A stretch of 54,545 nucleotides of DNA, filler included, from Sluysia triapertura (GCA_046118255.1; 4 parts of 4 records of this genome joined end to end with filler, not necessarily neighbours in it), one strand, 5' to 3'. Positions 1 to 12,989 are shown, counted from the first letter of the whole stretch. The notes: generated by a model not told the origin, from the sequence alone. Numbers and translations: made by a program.

Positions 1-215
1 AAGAATGTGCAACTTACTGACTACAAATATGACTCGATAATCTCATAAAACAAAAAAATTCTCTCAGGGTCAAATGAACCGTTATGGTATGTTTAGTGTT
101 AAGTTCCGTCCTGGTGGTTGGTTTATGGGTAGAAACTCTCCTTTTGACAATCTCCTACAGATATGCTATGGATTTATGTCTGAAGAGTGTCCAGGCCAAG
201 ATAGAAAATATTAAG
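1..215 (+). mobile_element. Possible Merlin/ISXO2-type transposase relic (N-terminal fragment)
   Basis: Frame reading ...KFSQGQMNRYGMFSVKFRPGGWFMGRNSPFDNLLQICYGFM loosely resembles Merlin 'SIR.G(S/T)WF..S.L....LQ..Y'. It contains stops and no TIR was found. Confidence 0.3.
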
Positions 216-1762
216 AAAACCAAAGAAAAACATATTTTTCCTGTACTTACTTATAACTTCTCTTTGTATCAAATCAATATGTCGATAAATTCTCAACAAA
301 TTTTCTGTACCAAACCAGTATTTCCAGATTTAAAAGCAAAAGGTAAACTGTTTACAATCAAATAATCAAAGTGTCTTTTTTGCCTTCTCCTATACTTTCT
401 CATATGTAGTGTTTTTTACATGAGTACCAAACTATGACTAAAATTTTTTTGCTTGTCTTCTATAATAATTTCTTCAAAATCCATTTATTCCTATAATCAA
501 TTCTGTTATTCTCTAATAAAATGCATTTTTTCAATCTCATTTATACATTACAATCATTTATTGCTGATTTTTCCATATAATACTTAATTACATTCCATAG
601 TATAGTTATGACTATTGGTATTTTCTGTAGTTAATTTACATATGCCTTAATAATTGGACTTCATGGTTGATTTCATTCTAACCTTGTTTATGTTGGGGTC
701 TTCAGAAGATAAAGTGATCGCAGCATGAAGTAAGGGGATCAATATTTTCTAAAGTTTTACAAAAAATTTAAAAATATATTTACTAATTAATTTAACTAAA
801 ATTGTTTTAAAATCATTTCCGTATGATGTTATGAACATCGAGATAACATCGACATCATATGATAGTCGAGATAACGTAAAATCATCAGTTTTAATTAATT
901 TTCTTTATTATAAAGTTAAATGTTAATGTATTGTAATAATTTTTATAGTTTATTTATATGCTAACGTAAAAATCAGTCTCAACTTTTCTAAGTCGTTGAA
1001 ATTTAACTTTTGTCTCTTTAAATCTATATCAAGTTCAAATGTGTCTGAATATTATTTTACACTATCAAAGTCCTTACTCTATATTATCAATTCAAATCTC
1101 GTTATAAAATTTATAGTTATTTTGAACTTTAACTAAAATTATTACTTTATATTAAACTTAACTGGAGGTATGAGTCGATATACTCGTCCTTGTTGTTCAG
1201 GATAAAAGTGCACAATTACTATTTAACAATAATATTTTAAAATAATTTAAGTGGTGCCACTCTCGACTAACTTTAGTACTTCGGTTTAAATTAAATTAAA
1301 AGAAAAGCAAAATAATAATTTATTTATTTACTGTTACAGGAATACACAAAATTTTATAAATCCAAAAGCAAAATAATAAACAATCACTTACTAGTTCAGA
1401 TAATATGTTAGTGTTAATCAGCGATTCCGTTAAATTTGATTTAACAACTCGTGAGATGCCAATTCCACAAAAAATTCGTCAGTAAATTGTTGGATCGTCA
1501 TGAAAAATTGTTAACTACTATTTGAATATTAATAATTCCTTTCTTTTACACTATTCAAATCAATAATAATAATGCTATTGAAAAATTGTTAATAATTCCT
1601 TTCTTTTTACTGATACATAGTATTCAAATTAATAATAATAATAATGATAGTCTAATTACAATAAAATATACAATCAATAGTAATAATTCAAATACAAATA
1701 AAATTATTAACACAATCAATAGTATAATAGTCGCATAATTACAATCAATAATAGTCTAATTC

Positions 1763-1763
<1 letters not shown>

Positions 1764-1817
<54 letters not shown>

Positions 1818-1818
1818 T
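1764..1818. repeat. (AAT)n microsatellite within a degenerate AAT-rich tract (~1560-1830)
   Basis: Read directly from the sequence. Confidence 0.95.
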
Positions 1819-3968
1819 CTAAATATTTATAGTTTAATAATAGTAACAGTGTTATTGTTATTGTTTTTTGCTATTGTTTTAAACGTGTACAAATATTACA
1901 ATAGATATTAGACGTATTTTGAAATATTATTTGAATATTAGAATTTTAAATAATTTCTCAATAATAATAATAACCATAATGATTATCTATTATTTCATTC
2001 TTGGATTTATTTGTACAAAAATTTATTAATTAAAAATATTAAAATTATTCTTAAAATATCAATTTCACAAAAATTAAAAATATCATGTTAATTAAAATTA
2101 TTAGAAATATTTAAAAATAATAAAAATATTATGTTAACTAATTAAAATTATTAAAAATATTAATTATTAAAAATATTATGTTAACATCATTATCAAAGTA
2201 CTACAAAAATAAAATTAAATGAATACCTTATTAATCAAATAAGTAGATAGAATAATTAGAAAGTTCTAAAAATGCAATCAAAGACCATCAGTGATTATTA
2301 AAGGTTTTTGACCATAATATTAAATTAAATAATTTTAATAAAGTTTAGCGTTCATTATCGTACTGCAAGAGCTTGCGAGTTTTAAGTAGCAATCAAGAAG
2401 AATAAATTGGAGGTAAATGAAATGTTAATAATATGAGCGAACTTTTCTTTAGTAATCAGCAAGGTAAATGGTATATTTCAGAATATGTTTGATATCAATT
2501 AAATAAAATATTTCAATTATTATGGTATATTATTTTTCAATTTGTAAAATCGCAACAAAATTGAGAGTTTGAGTAATATGTTACGTCCGTATTGAAAAAC
2601 GGCACCTTATTAATAAACTTTTTAACAATGAACTTGATTTTTCGTAAATTTTACAATCGAGTAAAATCGGTGGATCTTATACTATATAATAGACAACAAG
2701 AAATAAAGGTATATTACAAAATTTATAGCACAAATTTTAACAAGTAAAATGCAATAAAAATTTTCCAGATTAATATATAATCTTAATTAATTTATTTTAT
2801 ATTTATAAATTTTACAACTCCTATACTAAAAAGGGTTGATGTCTTTAACTAAATATTAAGTAGAGAGTTTACTATCTTTAATTAAAAAGGACCTCTTAAA
2901 ATAATCGAACTAACGAATAAATTTAAACATTGTGAAGCATTTTAAAATTATTACTTACTTACTTTCTTAATAAGTCAGTTACAGACTTATTTATATAAAA
3001 TAAATAATTAAATTTTAACATTTTAACACATTATTGTAAAAAAATTTTAAAAGTTTAATTTCGTTTTAGTTTTATTTATTAATGCATATTTTTATTAGAT
3101 TTTCTGATGAATTCTTTTACCAATTGAAAAATATTTTCTTCTACATTTCTGAATGACTTAGTATAAATTTATCCTGGAGGCTTGACTTAGTCTTATAATC
3201 TTAGGCTTGATTATAATCTTATATCTCAATCCGGAACGAAAGAAAGACTAATAAAATGAAATTATGTACCATTGTATAACGTGTACAAAGATTTCTTACG
3301 AACCATTTTTCTTTCTTTAAAATTTAATAGTTTAGTTTATTTTAATTCTTCATTAATACTATACTTGCTTATGATCTTACAACAAATTCAATAAATATTT
3401 TAATAAACGAATGCTACTCACTATTATCCGAATCAAACGAATATTTAAAATCAAATAATGTTCAAGATTATCAAGATTAAATAATGTTCACTTGTGTTTT
3501 TAGAGAGTAAAGAATTTCTATTTATAGTAAATTTTTCAGACAATTATTTATTTTATTGTAATACTGAATTTCTAAATTAAACTTAATTCAGTTATATATG
3601 GTTAAACTTCTATTCTATATTCATGTGCATCGTTATTAAATTTTACTATATAAATTTATAAATTTTACTTATAGATTTATCGATACAAATTCAATTCAAT
3701 TATGTAGTTAAGCTGAATTTTACTCACGCACGAAAATTTCTAATTCTTGATATTATTTTTTGTAATAATTGATATTGTTATTAATTGAAAGTAAAGTATT
3801 ATTATTATTTGTTTTTTTGTTGTAATATTATTATAATTTTTTTACGTGATGTCAACATAACAGTATTCTAATACAATGAGATCTCTTTCACCTCACGAAG
3901 TCATGTTAAAAGCGATATTTATTGAAATTTATTTTTAATATTGTCTGATAATTGTATTTTGAATTTAG

Positions 3969-4724
3969 AAGTAACATGTGAAATATTTGAAAACTTTCAA
4001 GATATTCAAAGTTCTACTGATAATTACAATAGCAGTAGCAGCAGTAGTAATAGCAGGTCTATTTTGGGTATGATTGGCAGTGGCTGGTGTAATAATGGTA
4101 GTAATCAAGGTATTCGAATAGATTTACCAACTTGTTTCAATGATGTTATCACTGCTTGTGGTCGACATGGTTGTTGGAGTATTCGATTCTGGTTACTGTT
4201 ACAACTACCAACCAAACAGTTGGATATCGTATTATGGAGAACAAGCAATAATATTGAAATGCTATTGGTTAATAAAACTATGTTTGTAATTAGAACAAAA
4301 ACGACGACACTAGAAACCAATTTTGGTTATTTTGAATGTCGATTTACTGACAAAGATAATAATTTGGAAAATATTTTAAAACGTTGGCGTTATATTGAAA
4401 TATCGTGGGATGCTTCAGAAGGTCTTTTGTTATTCTTAGATCGAGCGTTTATGCCTTGCAAATACATTAAAGGTAAAGATAATAATTCCAAAAATCGTCC
4501 TAGTTGGCAATTGTCATCGTATATAGAGTTTTCTGGGAAAGATTTTCAATTCAGTGGATGTATTGATGAAGTTGAAGTATATCGAAATCGAATATCTGTA
4601 TTATATTGGACAAAACGAGTTGATGATGAACTAATTAAGAAAATGATTAAAACGTTGAATTTTCGTGAAAAACAAAAAGAATTTATGATACGTTTACGTA
4701 ATGCACGTATAGATATGTCACCAG
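3969..4724 (+). CDS. Internal exon encoding a LamG-like/pentraxin (concanavalin-A fold) domain of a multi-exon extracellular protein
   Basis: Lies within ORF 3941-4774, with acceptor tttag|3969 and donor 4724|gtaaaa (phase 1-1, 756 nt). The motifs CFNDVITACGRHGCWSIRFWL, WRYIEISWDASEGLLLFLD and FSGCIDEVEVY match the LamG_3/pentraxin pattern seen in ADGRD1-type ectodomains. Confidence 0.7.
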
Positions 4725-4818
4725 GTAAAAATATTCTTTGTATACGTAATACTCTCATATCTAATTGTGGGTAAAATCATAAATCAGTCATTAAATGGTA
4801 ATAATACTAATGATAATG

Positions 4819-4851
<33 letters not shown>

Positions 4852-5109
4852 GTAAATTTTGTAAAATAAAAAATATTTAAAATAAATATTGAATATTATT
4901 TATATTAATATCGCGATTTCTTTATACCGTCTAAATATCCACGAATATTTGTTATAACTTAAAAAACGGTTAAAGACTTCAAAATACATTTATAAACACC
5001 AAAATGAATCCATAAACACCTCTAAATAATAAAACAGAAACGAGCAACTAATAAACAAAAGGAATAAGGTAGGAATCAATCATACTTTATTAACATCCAG
5101 AAATTGTTA

Positions 5110-5450
5110 CGAATTAAACGTCACAACAAAACAAAAAAATCCGCTAAAAAGCGAATATTGACAGACAAAACAAATATTAACAAACAAAGCAGATGTACTT
5201 AAATAAAATACATAGTATGGAAAGTAATACATGGTAAAAATGTGTCACAGAAGCTATATTATGTACTGTATATGCAGATTTATTGCATATGAATTATTAT
5301 AGAAATAAATAGAAATAAAAATATGGATTTTTATACGATGAAAACTGAATAATTATTGGCTATAAATTTTGAAAAGAGAAAACAGTGTATAAGCAGAAAC
5401 ATAGTGATCTTTGAAGCAGATATTGATACAACATAACGATTTTATTTGAA
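5110..5450 (+). mobile_element. Copia-like integrase C-terminal relic (intronic)
   Basis: Broken frames give TSQQN.., VIHGKNVSQKL, CTVYA, GFLYDEN..IGYKF and ISRNIVIFE, in the order expected for Copia TPQQNG / W.GK..VS.L / GC..YA / GY.E...GYR / SRDV.F.E. Confidence 0.45.
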
Positions 5451-6071
5451 GCAACTATTGATCCAATCCAATAATTTCACTTAGAACAATCAAAGTTAAA
5501 TATTGTTAAAATAAAATAAGATCAATACTTTTACTTATTTTTGTTTAAGTACTATTTTTTGTTATAGCAAGTAAATGTTTCATAAAGTTTGATTTAATTT
5601 TTTATTGGAATCTTAGATTCAAACTCATATTGAATTTATTTACATCAGTGATAATCAATTAAATAAAATTATTAATATTCAACGTCAAACAATATAAGAC
5701 AAATTTTATAAAATTTTAAATTTTTCAAAAATTAGTTTCCTATATCTGAAGAGTAAATTCTTTAACTTGTTTCTGGTATCAAAAGTTTTTAAATTTTCAA
5801 AAAAATTTAATTTTTTCAATGTGTCAAAGTTTCAGCCCATTTACTAAATGAGACAGTAAATTGAAAATTTTAAAAGTTAACTATCTTTACTTTACTTTAA
5901 TTTGTGAAAGATTTAATCCGCATGTTCAAAGTTTGTTCCATTTCTTTTAAATTACAACCAAATTGGACTCCGCTATAAACCAATTTTTTCTACGTAGTAG
6001 TTAATTTAATAGTTTTGTTTATTTTCTATTTCTATTTTATTAACTCTTTTACGTGTTACCTAGCTTCAATA

Positions 6072-6831
6072 TAGGGTTTTTCATTTAATTTAATCCGGAT
6101 TTATAGGCTATAAGTTATAAATGAAAAACGCAGCATTTAATAATGAAATTAGACGTGAAATCTGTCGAAATCTCGAAGATTTTAATGTAAATTCTAAAAC
6201 AGTATCTTCTATAATTAGTGTTTTAAAAAAGGATGGAAGAACTGACAAACTTGGCACCTAGAACAACGAAAATCGGAGAGATTGAAAAATTATATAAAAA
6301 TTATCATTGAATATGATGTTTCAATAACATTGGAAAGAATACAGAAAAAACTATATTCGAACTTGAACACAAATTGTTCTACTTCAACAATTAACAGAGT
6401 GATTGATAGTTTAATTATGGTTTTAAGCATATTTCTTTGGTTCCGCAAGGTCGAAATACAGAAGCTAATATTGAAAAAAACAATATGTTGGTTTGATTTT
6501 TCCACTAGAAGAAAACGATTTGATCATTTTAGATGATATGGGAATAAGTTGCACAAGGAAAATCTATGGAAGAGGTTCCATTCGCAATGGAAAAATTCTA
6601 TTAAATCTAGAATCGAACAGATGAAGAACTAAAAAATAGCATTTTTTTCTTCTTCTTTGATGTATCAACTGAAAATTGTACCGCATATTTTTGATCAAAG
6701 CTTTTGAGAAAGTTCCTTTCAATTAAAGAAATTTTTATTTCTAATTTTTATGTTAGTTATTAAAGGATTCATTTAAATGACCAAAGGAATAAATTAAATG
6801 ACAAGGGGCTTAAATTAAATGAAAAACCATG
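6072..6831 (+). mobile_element. IS630/Tc1-mariner superfamily DNA transposon, internally deleted and decayed
   Basis: ~25-bp TIRs (TAGGGTTTTTCATTTAATTTAATCC versus rc CATGGTTTTTCATTTAATTTAAGCC) flanked by TA. Frameshifted transposase from ATG 6121: KTVSSIISVLKKDGR.., DVSITLERIQKKL..CSTSTINR, FKHISLVPQGRNTEANIEK, LIILDDMG..RKIYGR. Confidence 0.85.
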
Positions 6832-7185
6832 TAATGCCCCTGCTTGATCCCTAGAATTTCTTTTTTGTCATCAGTTAACTGTAGTAAGTTCTCATAAATA
6901 TATTTCCGATATTCTGTTCTTTTGTTTGCCTTTTTTTACTAATTAGTTTTTTCGAGGTGTTTTTTTACTGCTTCTTGAAATATCTTGTCAGAACATATTT
7001 ATTCTGATTGCAGTGTAATAAGTTCCAGTTTCATTTTTTTATTTACATTTATAATATTTCATATTTCAAACTTTTAGTTTTATGTATTTAAATGATTAAC
7101 CATTTAGATTTAAGTCTCTTATAATATGTATAAATGGATTATATTAATTATTATGTAAATTGATTTCCTAATCTAATATATTCAG

Positions 7186-7430
7186 CATTTAATGAAGAAA
7201 AGTCATCTAGAAATTCAGATTTAAAAGAGGAAGTTGTAGAAGCTATTCGATTTGATGGTGATGGTAGTTATGTGCAGTATCAGTTAAAAGAATCTAAAAA
7301 CCAGAATGATGAATTTGGTGGTGATGGTGATGATGGTAATATATTCTCGGGAAGGAAAATGAGAGGAGTACGTGAAAGCGTGAGGGTTGTTTTTAAATTA
7401 GAACATTGTAATAATTCCTGTATTGTCTGG
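7186..7430 (+). CDS. Next exon of the LamG protein (start of a second LamG-type domain)
   Basis: Acceptor ttcag|7186 is phase 1 and compatible with the 4724 donor. Reads (A)FNEEKSSRNSDLKEEVVEAIRFDGDGSYVQYQL...VRVVFKLEHCNNSCIVW, then donor gtcagt. AIRFDGDGSYVQY is a typical LamG N-terminal strand. Confidence 0.65.
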
Positions 7431-8319
7431 GTCAGTGAAGCTATTAGAAGCTTGTCAGTATTGTCAATAAAAGTTTGTTGAATTAATTTTATTTCATTTA
7501 TGATAACGACAATATTAAGATACTTTAAGACTAAGTTTGTTATTGTGTTCAATCACTACAGATACATTATTATGTGGTTTGGTCATAAAGCACATGAAAA
7601 CATAATATAAATATACAAGACTTTAACTGATAAGTCTTCCTTAATAAACCCAATTGAATTTAGAAAATAATATAAAATTAATTTTGTTAATTATTATTCG
7701 AATGGAAACAATATCATAATTATATTATTAATTTATTTAACTTGCTTGAGTTTTTACAGTTATAATTTATTTCAGGTTTTTAAAATTTCGAAAATAATTT
7801 TTTGGTGGATGCATGTGTTAATCACTATATGCTAAGTTCCCATATGTAGTGAGCTCAAAACAAATAAGCGACAAAAATTCAATAACAATTAAAACACAAA
7901 TAACTACATATTTACAGGCTACATTCAAAATAATAGCATCTTCAACCACGACAATAATACTCATTCTAACATTTTACTTTGTTACACATACAAATACACG
8001 AATACATTCCTCCCATTCAATGCATAAACAAAATAAATAATGTTATTTTTATTATTGTGAATAGACTTTCATTATTACGGCGTTGCTATTACTACTGTTA
8101 CCTTATTTAGCCTGTTGTAGTCATTTTGTTATTATTACTTTCCTTTGTGTGAATATATTATCAAACACTGTGCAAGTAAGTGAAATTTATTTTACAAAAT
8201 AGAAGAAAAGGAAAACTTTTTAATATGGGCAATCTTTCCATAATTAGAAATGCTCTTTTTAACTCTTTCTAAAAGTCAATTTTTTGCAATATATCAAAGT
8301 GTCAGAAATGCAATTTCTA

Positions 8320-9060
8320 TTCATCTAAAAGTTTTTTTTGCATTATATATAGTGAAACAGTCGGGCAAAAATAACCCAACATTATAATCACAACACATTT
8401 CTAGTCTTACTTTTTCCTTTTTACTTTTACTGAATACAATACAAACTTTTGAAGGTTTTGGTAAGGTCCGATACAGAAACGAATGATGGAAAATGTCTAC
8501 TACTGAACCTAAAATGATTTTCGTAAAGTGGTCTTCCTCTCAATATTTCTCTTTGATTGCCAAACGTTTCGAAAACTTTTCTAATTAGTTCTTTCTTGAA
8601 GAGCTAAATGAAATATTTACCGAATTTCGTATCTTGTAAAGGTAGTATGCATTGAAGGTTGAAAGATACAGAATGGAGTATTAGTATTAATACCATTCGA
8701 CTATAAAATTTATCTTTCCGTTTGTTTCCCAAAACCATACTAAATTTTGGTCATAATTTTCAAATTAAATTTTTTTAAATAAATATAATGGCGATAAAAT
8801 AAAATTGCTCATAATTTTTTTATTTCTCGTCTACAATTTTCTTTGCATTGAAAAGGTAAGCATTTTTGAAGTCACATAAAATCAATATTTTGAGTTCACA
8901 TCTACATTTTGAAACTACATCTACATCTACATCGATAGTAATTTATCCTGCAATTCTTTACTCTTCTATCAAAGCGTATGCGTGGTGAAAGCTTCTGGAA
9001 CACATACTTTGAATACCAAGATTCATGAACATTCATGTCTTATCTTGCATTAAGCCAATG
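8320..9060 (-). mobile_element. piggyBac transposase relic
   Basis: Minus-strand fragments in piggyBac order: PRIRFDRR, ITIDV..KCRC, LKILILCDFKNAYLFNA, RHFPSF and a Cys-rich tail MCCDYNVGLFLPDCFTIY. Many stops and deletions. Confidence 0.7.
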
Positions 9061-9172
9061 AGTATAGATTTGGTCTTTATTATTATTTCTTTTGTTTTTC
9101 TTATTAATATTAATTGTATTTAATTATTAATATACTTTATTTATGACCTTAAATAATTAACTACCTGTTCAG

Positions 9173-9313
9173 AATAGAAAGTTAACATTCACACGTCGTT
9201 ACACAATCACATCAGAAAATGTTACAAAACGATATTCGGAAGAAATTCAAATCGATGAAAAGATTATGACAGGCCTAGTTTACCATGTTACTGTATCTCA
9301 GCAATCAGGAGAG
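9173..9313 (+). CDS. Further LamG exon
   Basis: Acceptor gttcag|9173, donor 9313|gttgtt, 141 nt, phase 0-0 and open. Reads NRKLTFTRRYTITSENVTKRYSEEIQIDEKIMTGLVYHVTVSQQSGE, resembling the LamG 'I.DG.WHHV.V' segment. A small intervening exon may be missing. Confidence 0.55.
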
Positions 9314-11088
9314 GTTGTTTTATATTTTTACGACTCGAAAACTATCTTTATTTATCTGATATAGTTAACCGGTTTAACCTTAGATACTATGAAGCTATAA
9401 AATATACTGGGTAAGTTTTAAAATTGCCGCCATATTTTATGAATTATTTGGCAGTATTTAACTAGAAAAACTAAAACATTTTGATGGTAAACATTGCGAT
9501 AATGATTCATCCATGTGAATAGTAATAATAATTGTACAATGGATCTAGGTTAAGACATTCTTTGCTGTAAACGAGTTAACATGTTCTGCACATAGTAATT
9601 AATTTATGTAACAATAAAATAGCCGGTATAGAATGTGTTAATATTTTAAGGTATATATAGTGTTGAAAATTATAATAACACATACAAATACGTATTCAAT
9701 TTTATCGTCCCTCTTTATTATTTATTTATATAAAGATAATACTGTGGTTTTCTTAACTCATGCGACAAAATAATTTTGAGCAGGGTCCGGTTTCAGTGTA
9801 CGACTTATGACACAAAGTTAGCATACTTGTAGCTCTAATTGTTAACTTTAAAACTTAAATTAATCAACAATCTTCCGAATATGAACGAGTCTTGAAGGTA
9901 TTTAAGGTCTAATTACTTAATACCTAAAACAAGTAGTCCTAACGCTAACAACCCAACACAAAAAGTTTTTCAGGATTACTTTTAAATACAACCTTATCCC
10001 CTTCGGAATTCTACAGCTTTTCGGATGCGATAAGAATGAAAATAACGATATTCTAACGAAGTTATTTCTCCACACCATGCTCGCCCTGATTAAGACACTT
10101 TTATTTATAGAATATTTTGTTATAAATTCTTAGAAAATTGGTGTTTTTTGATATCTCTTGTACAGAAGAATTCTTACGAGTAAGAGTGTATTTTCTAAGA
10201 ATTTGCCAAAAATTCACCAATAAAATCAGCTATTAATTCTACTTTCAAATAGAAAAGTAACAAAAATAGTAAAACTTGCATTTTAAAATCATTTACGATA
10301 TCATTTGAAATATGTATTCCTTCCTCTAATGTCCAAAATAATGATTAAAAAATGTTTCAATTAAAAGGTAATTATATGCGTATATTAGATTTTCTCATTA
10401 TTTGCCAATTAGCTAATTATTCGGAAATTATTTCATTGGAGGATAAAAATAGAACAATGAGGAAAGTCAATAAAAGTAATTAGTTTCTATTGCAGTATTA
10501 GTATCATTAAGTCAATTACTTTTCGATTCGATTTCTAGTAATTTACTCGTTATTAACCAGGGATACAAGCTCAAACCACATCACCTTAATATACTTATGA
10601 AATAAATACAAATTTTGATACTAAAATAAAGAGAATTGTTTAAATATAAATTATAAAATTTTATAAATTATAAATTATAAAATTTTATTCCATTTACATT
10701 CTTGTAATAAGTGCTAAGACTTTTGATAATGTTGCAACAGTGGAAAAAACTATAGCGACAAATGAAATAGACCAAATTAAAAGGACACACTATTCAGTGT
10801 AGATCTAATTCAAGCAGAAAAAATCGAAGACTGGAATATCTAAATAGTTGATACGCGCTATTGCGAATGTAAATAGAGGTAAATTTAAAACATAGTACTG
10901 GATCATTAACTATTGATATTTGGGCTTTCACAATGAACAATTGTACGTAAGTTAACGATTAAATTAGCTTTTAGTATCTACATTTACACAGAAAACATAC
11001 ATAACAATCCACTAGCTATAAAATAAGAGAACCTTCGATGAAAAAATTATTGCTAGAGGTATAAAGTTTACTTAAACACACTAAACTT

Positions 11089-11188
11089 NNNNNNNNNNNN
11101 NNNNNNNNNNNNNNNNNNNNNNNNNNNNNNNNTTAATTAATTAANNNNNNNNNNNNNNNNNNNNNNNNNNNNNNNNNNNNNNNNNNNN
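11089..11188. other. Assembly spacer (44 N + TTAATTAATTAA + 44 N)
   Basis: Identical 100-nt construct occurs three times; the 12-mer gives stop codons in all six frames. Confidence 0.97.
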
Positions 11189-11330
11189 GAATATGTGATA
11201 TTTTATTTAATTGATATTTACACTTTTTAACAATACAATTAATATTTTCTTCCATGTTCATTTTTAAATCCATAAAACAGCCTATATTTCGTACTTGTTG
11301 CTTCTCATCTAGTGTGTGTCTTACCACCTA
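11189..11330 (-). mobile_element. L2/CR1-group non-LTR retrotransposon RT C-terminal fragment
   Basis: VRNIGCFMDLKMNMEENINCIVKKCKYQLNKISHI matches L2/CR1 'VRNLG..FD..L.M..HI..I.K.C...L..I..I'. Cut by the spacer. Confidence 0.8.
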
Positions 11331-11520
11331 CAATTAACTTTGTTTCATTTATTTTGTTATTGTCGCTATTTTTATTACTGAATATTATAAATAAATTGAA
11401 ATATAAATTTATCATTAAATGATGTCAGATAATTTATTATTATTATGTCGATCAATGAAATCAAAATAAAAATTTTTGAGATTTTATTAGATCTTTTCGT
11501 TTTAGAAAGATCTGACAAAT

Positions 11521-11811
11521 ATGGGCTTCGATCCGGATGAAAAAACTTCGGAAATTGAAATTGTGAAACAAATATTACCTGAAAAATCACATTCGTCGTC
11601 TTCCGTGGTGTCTGTGAAGGATATAATCGATTATTTGCCAAAGCATAAACAAATTTTATATTCAGAATACGTCGATGTGAAGAAATGGTCCAGTGATAAT
11701 TTTTCCGTTCGTGGAGGATCCAATGAATCAGTAAAATCGAACGAAGAAGTACACTTCGATGATGAACCTTCACGGAAAAAGCTAAAACTAATAATCCGTA
11801 AAAATAATTGA
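11521..11811 (+). CDS. Hypothetical protein or terminal exon with a basic C-terminus
   Basis: 96-aa ORF with hydrophilic, coding-like composition ending EPSRKKLKLIIRKNN; no family recognised. Confidence 0.35.
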   Translation: MGFDPDEKTSEIEIVKQILPEKSHSSSSVVSVKDIIDYLPKHKQILYSEYVDVKKWSSDNFSVRGGSNESVKSNEEVHFDDEPSRKKLKLIIRKNN

Positions 11812-12921
11812 ACAAGCTTCAATTGATTATTCAGTTTTCCGAATTTTTGAATCAAAGACGTGTCGCAGAAATTTTTGAAGTAAATATTCAAGAGTGGTTC
11901 TTGTTGTTGTAGTACCATCATTAAGTTGCTTCAGTACTTTGTATTTTGTGCTATTCATCAAATTTGTACGTACATTTAGAATATTTTGACGATTTACTAT
12001 CTTATATTTACAAATAAAGTTAGGTTTTTATTGATTTCTCTCTTTTATATCACACATTTACTAAATCTTCATTATTTTTAACGAAGTCTCGTTTTGTCAT
12101 TTCCATGTATTTATTTTGAATTTATTCGACTTGTTAGGTTGTCATCACTACCCTCTAAAATCGTGTAACGTGCTATATATATTAAGTTTCCCCGATATAT
12201 TGAGAGGTAAAATATTTATTTCATTACAAAAAGCAATTAAAGACCCTTGCGGTTTTAATTGTAAAATTTTATTTTGTTTTATTCTTAACGTGAACCCTTT
12301 TTTGGGTCACGTTCAACGACAAACATAAGCTTTTGGACCTGTTTTTTGGATTTCATTTCATAAAGATAAATTTGACGTCATCGTTTCGGTACATTTTAGA
12401 TTCACTATAAAATATATGCAAATTCTTATTTAAATTCTTTGGAACCATTTAGAAGGATCATTGTAAAAGCATCTAAAAATTTTTCATTCGTGCGATTATC
12501 CATTATAAAATCGCTAATCGGGTAAAGTTTTAATTACGATCCTTAATTATAACAACATTGGCAGCAATAGCAATAAAATTTTTGTGTGTTATATAATTAT
12601 TTTATTATAATTAAAAGTTTTAAACCTTGAAGTAACTTTGTTGAATCGATCCCATTTAAAGTGGATCCTACGTAATTAATGTAGTTGCAAATTAGTCAAC
12701 CTGATTAGTTCTTGAGTATTAAGCCGAATTTTTCAATTCGGATTTGTAAATTACGAAGATCCTGTTTAAATGGGATTATATGTAAAATTAATTAGATTAA
12801 TCGCGTCAAAGAACATCTAAATTATAGAAGCCTTGAAAACCTTAAATAACTCCAATTCTCATCGTCAATATAACCACTAAGAAGAAATATGTTCTTTTTA
12901 ACCTCCGTATCAAAATTATCT

Positions 12922-12974
12922 AAATCCTACAGACTAGCCTTTACACATAAGACTAGGGTCGTAGGTGAACTCAC
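12922..12974 (+). other. Conserved 53-nt structured motif, copy A
   Basis: AAATCCTACAGACTAGCCTTTACACATAAGACTAGGGTCGTAGGTGAACTCAC; stems CCTAC/GTAGG and CTAG/CTAG; ACCTCC at 12901. Confidence 0.75.
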
Positions 12975-12989
12975 ATATTATAAACTATT

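Noticed and set aside
7820-7858. Degenerate motif copy AATCACTATATGCTAAGTTCCCATATGTAGTGAGCTCA (weaker look-alikes at ~48240-48283 and ~54340-54360)
   Set aside because: Lacks the GCC loop segment and the expected length; cannot be separated from chance without a covariance-model score.
8888-8910. Extra copy of the 53-nt motif (minus-strand GTGAACTCA)
   Set aside because: No hairpin; it falls inside the piggyBac coding relic (ELKILILCD).
10780-11050. hAT transposase relic (SLTIDIW); similar weak hints at ~33450-33800 on the minus strand
   Set aside because: Single short motifs only, with no TIR or TSD; insufficient support.
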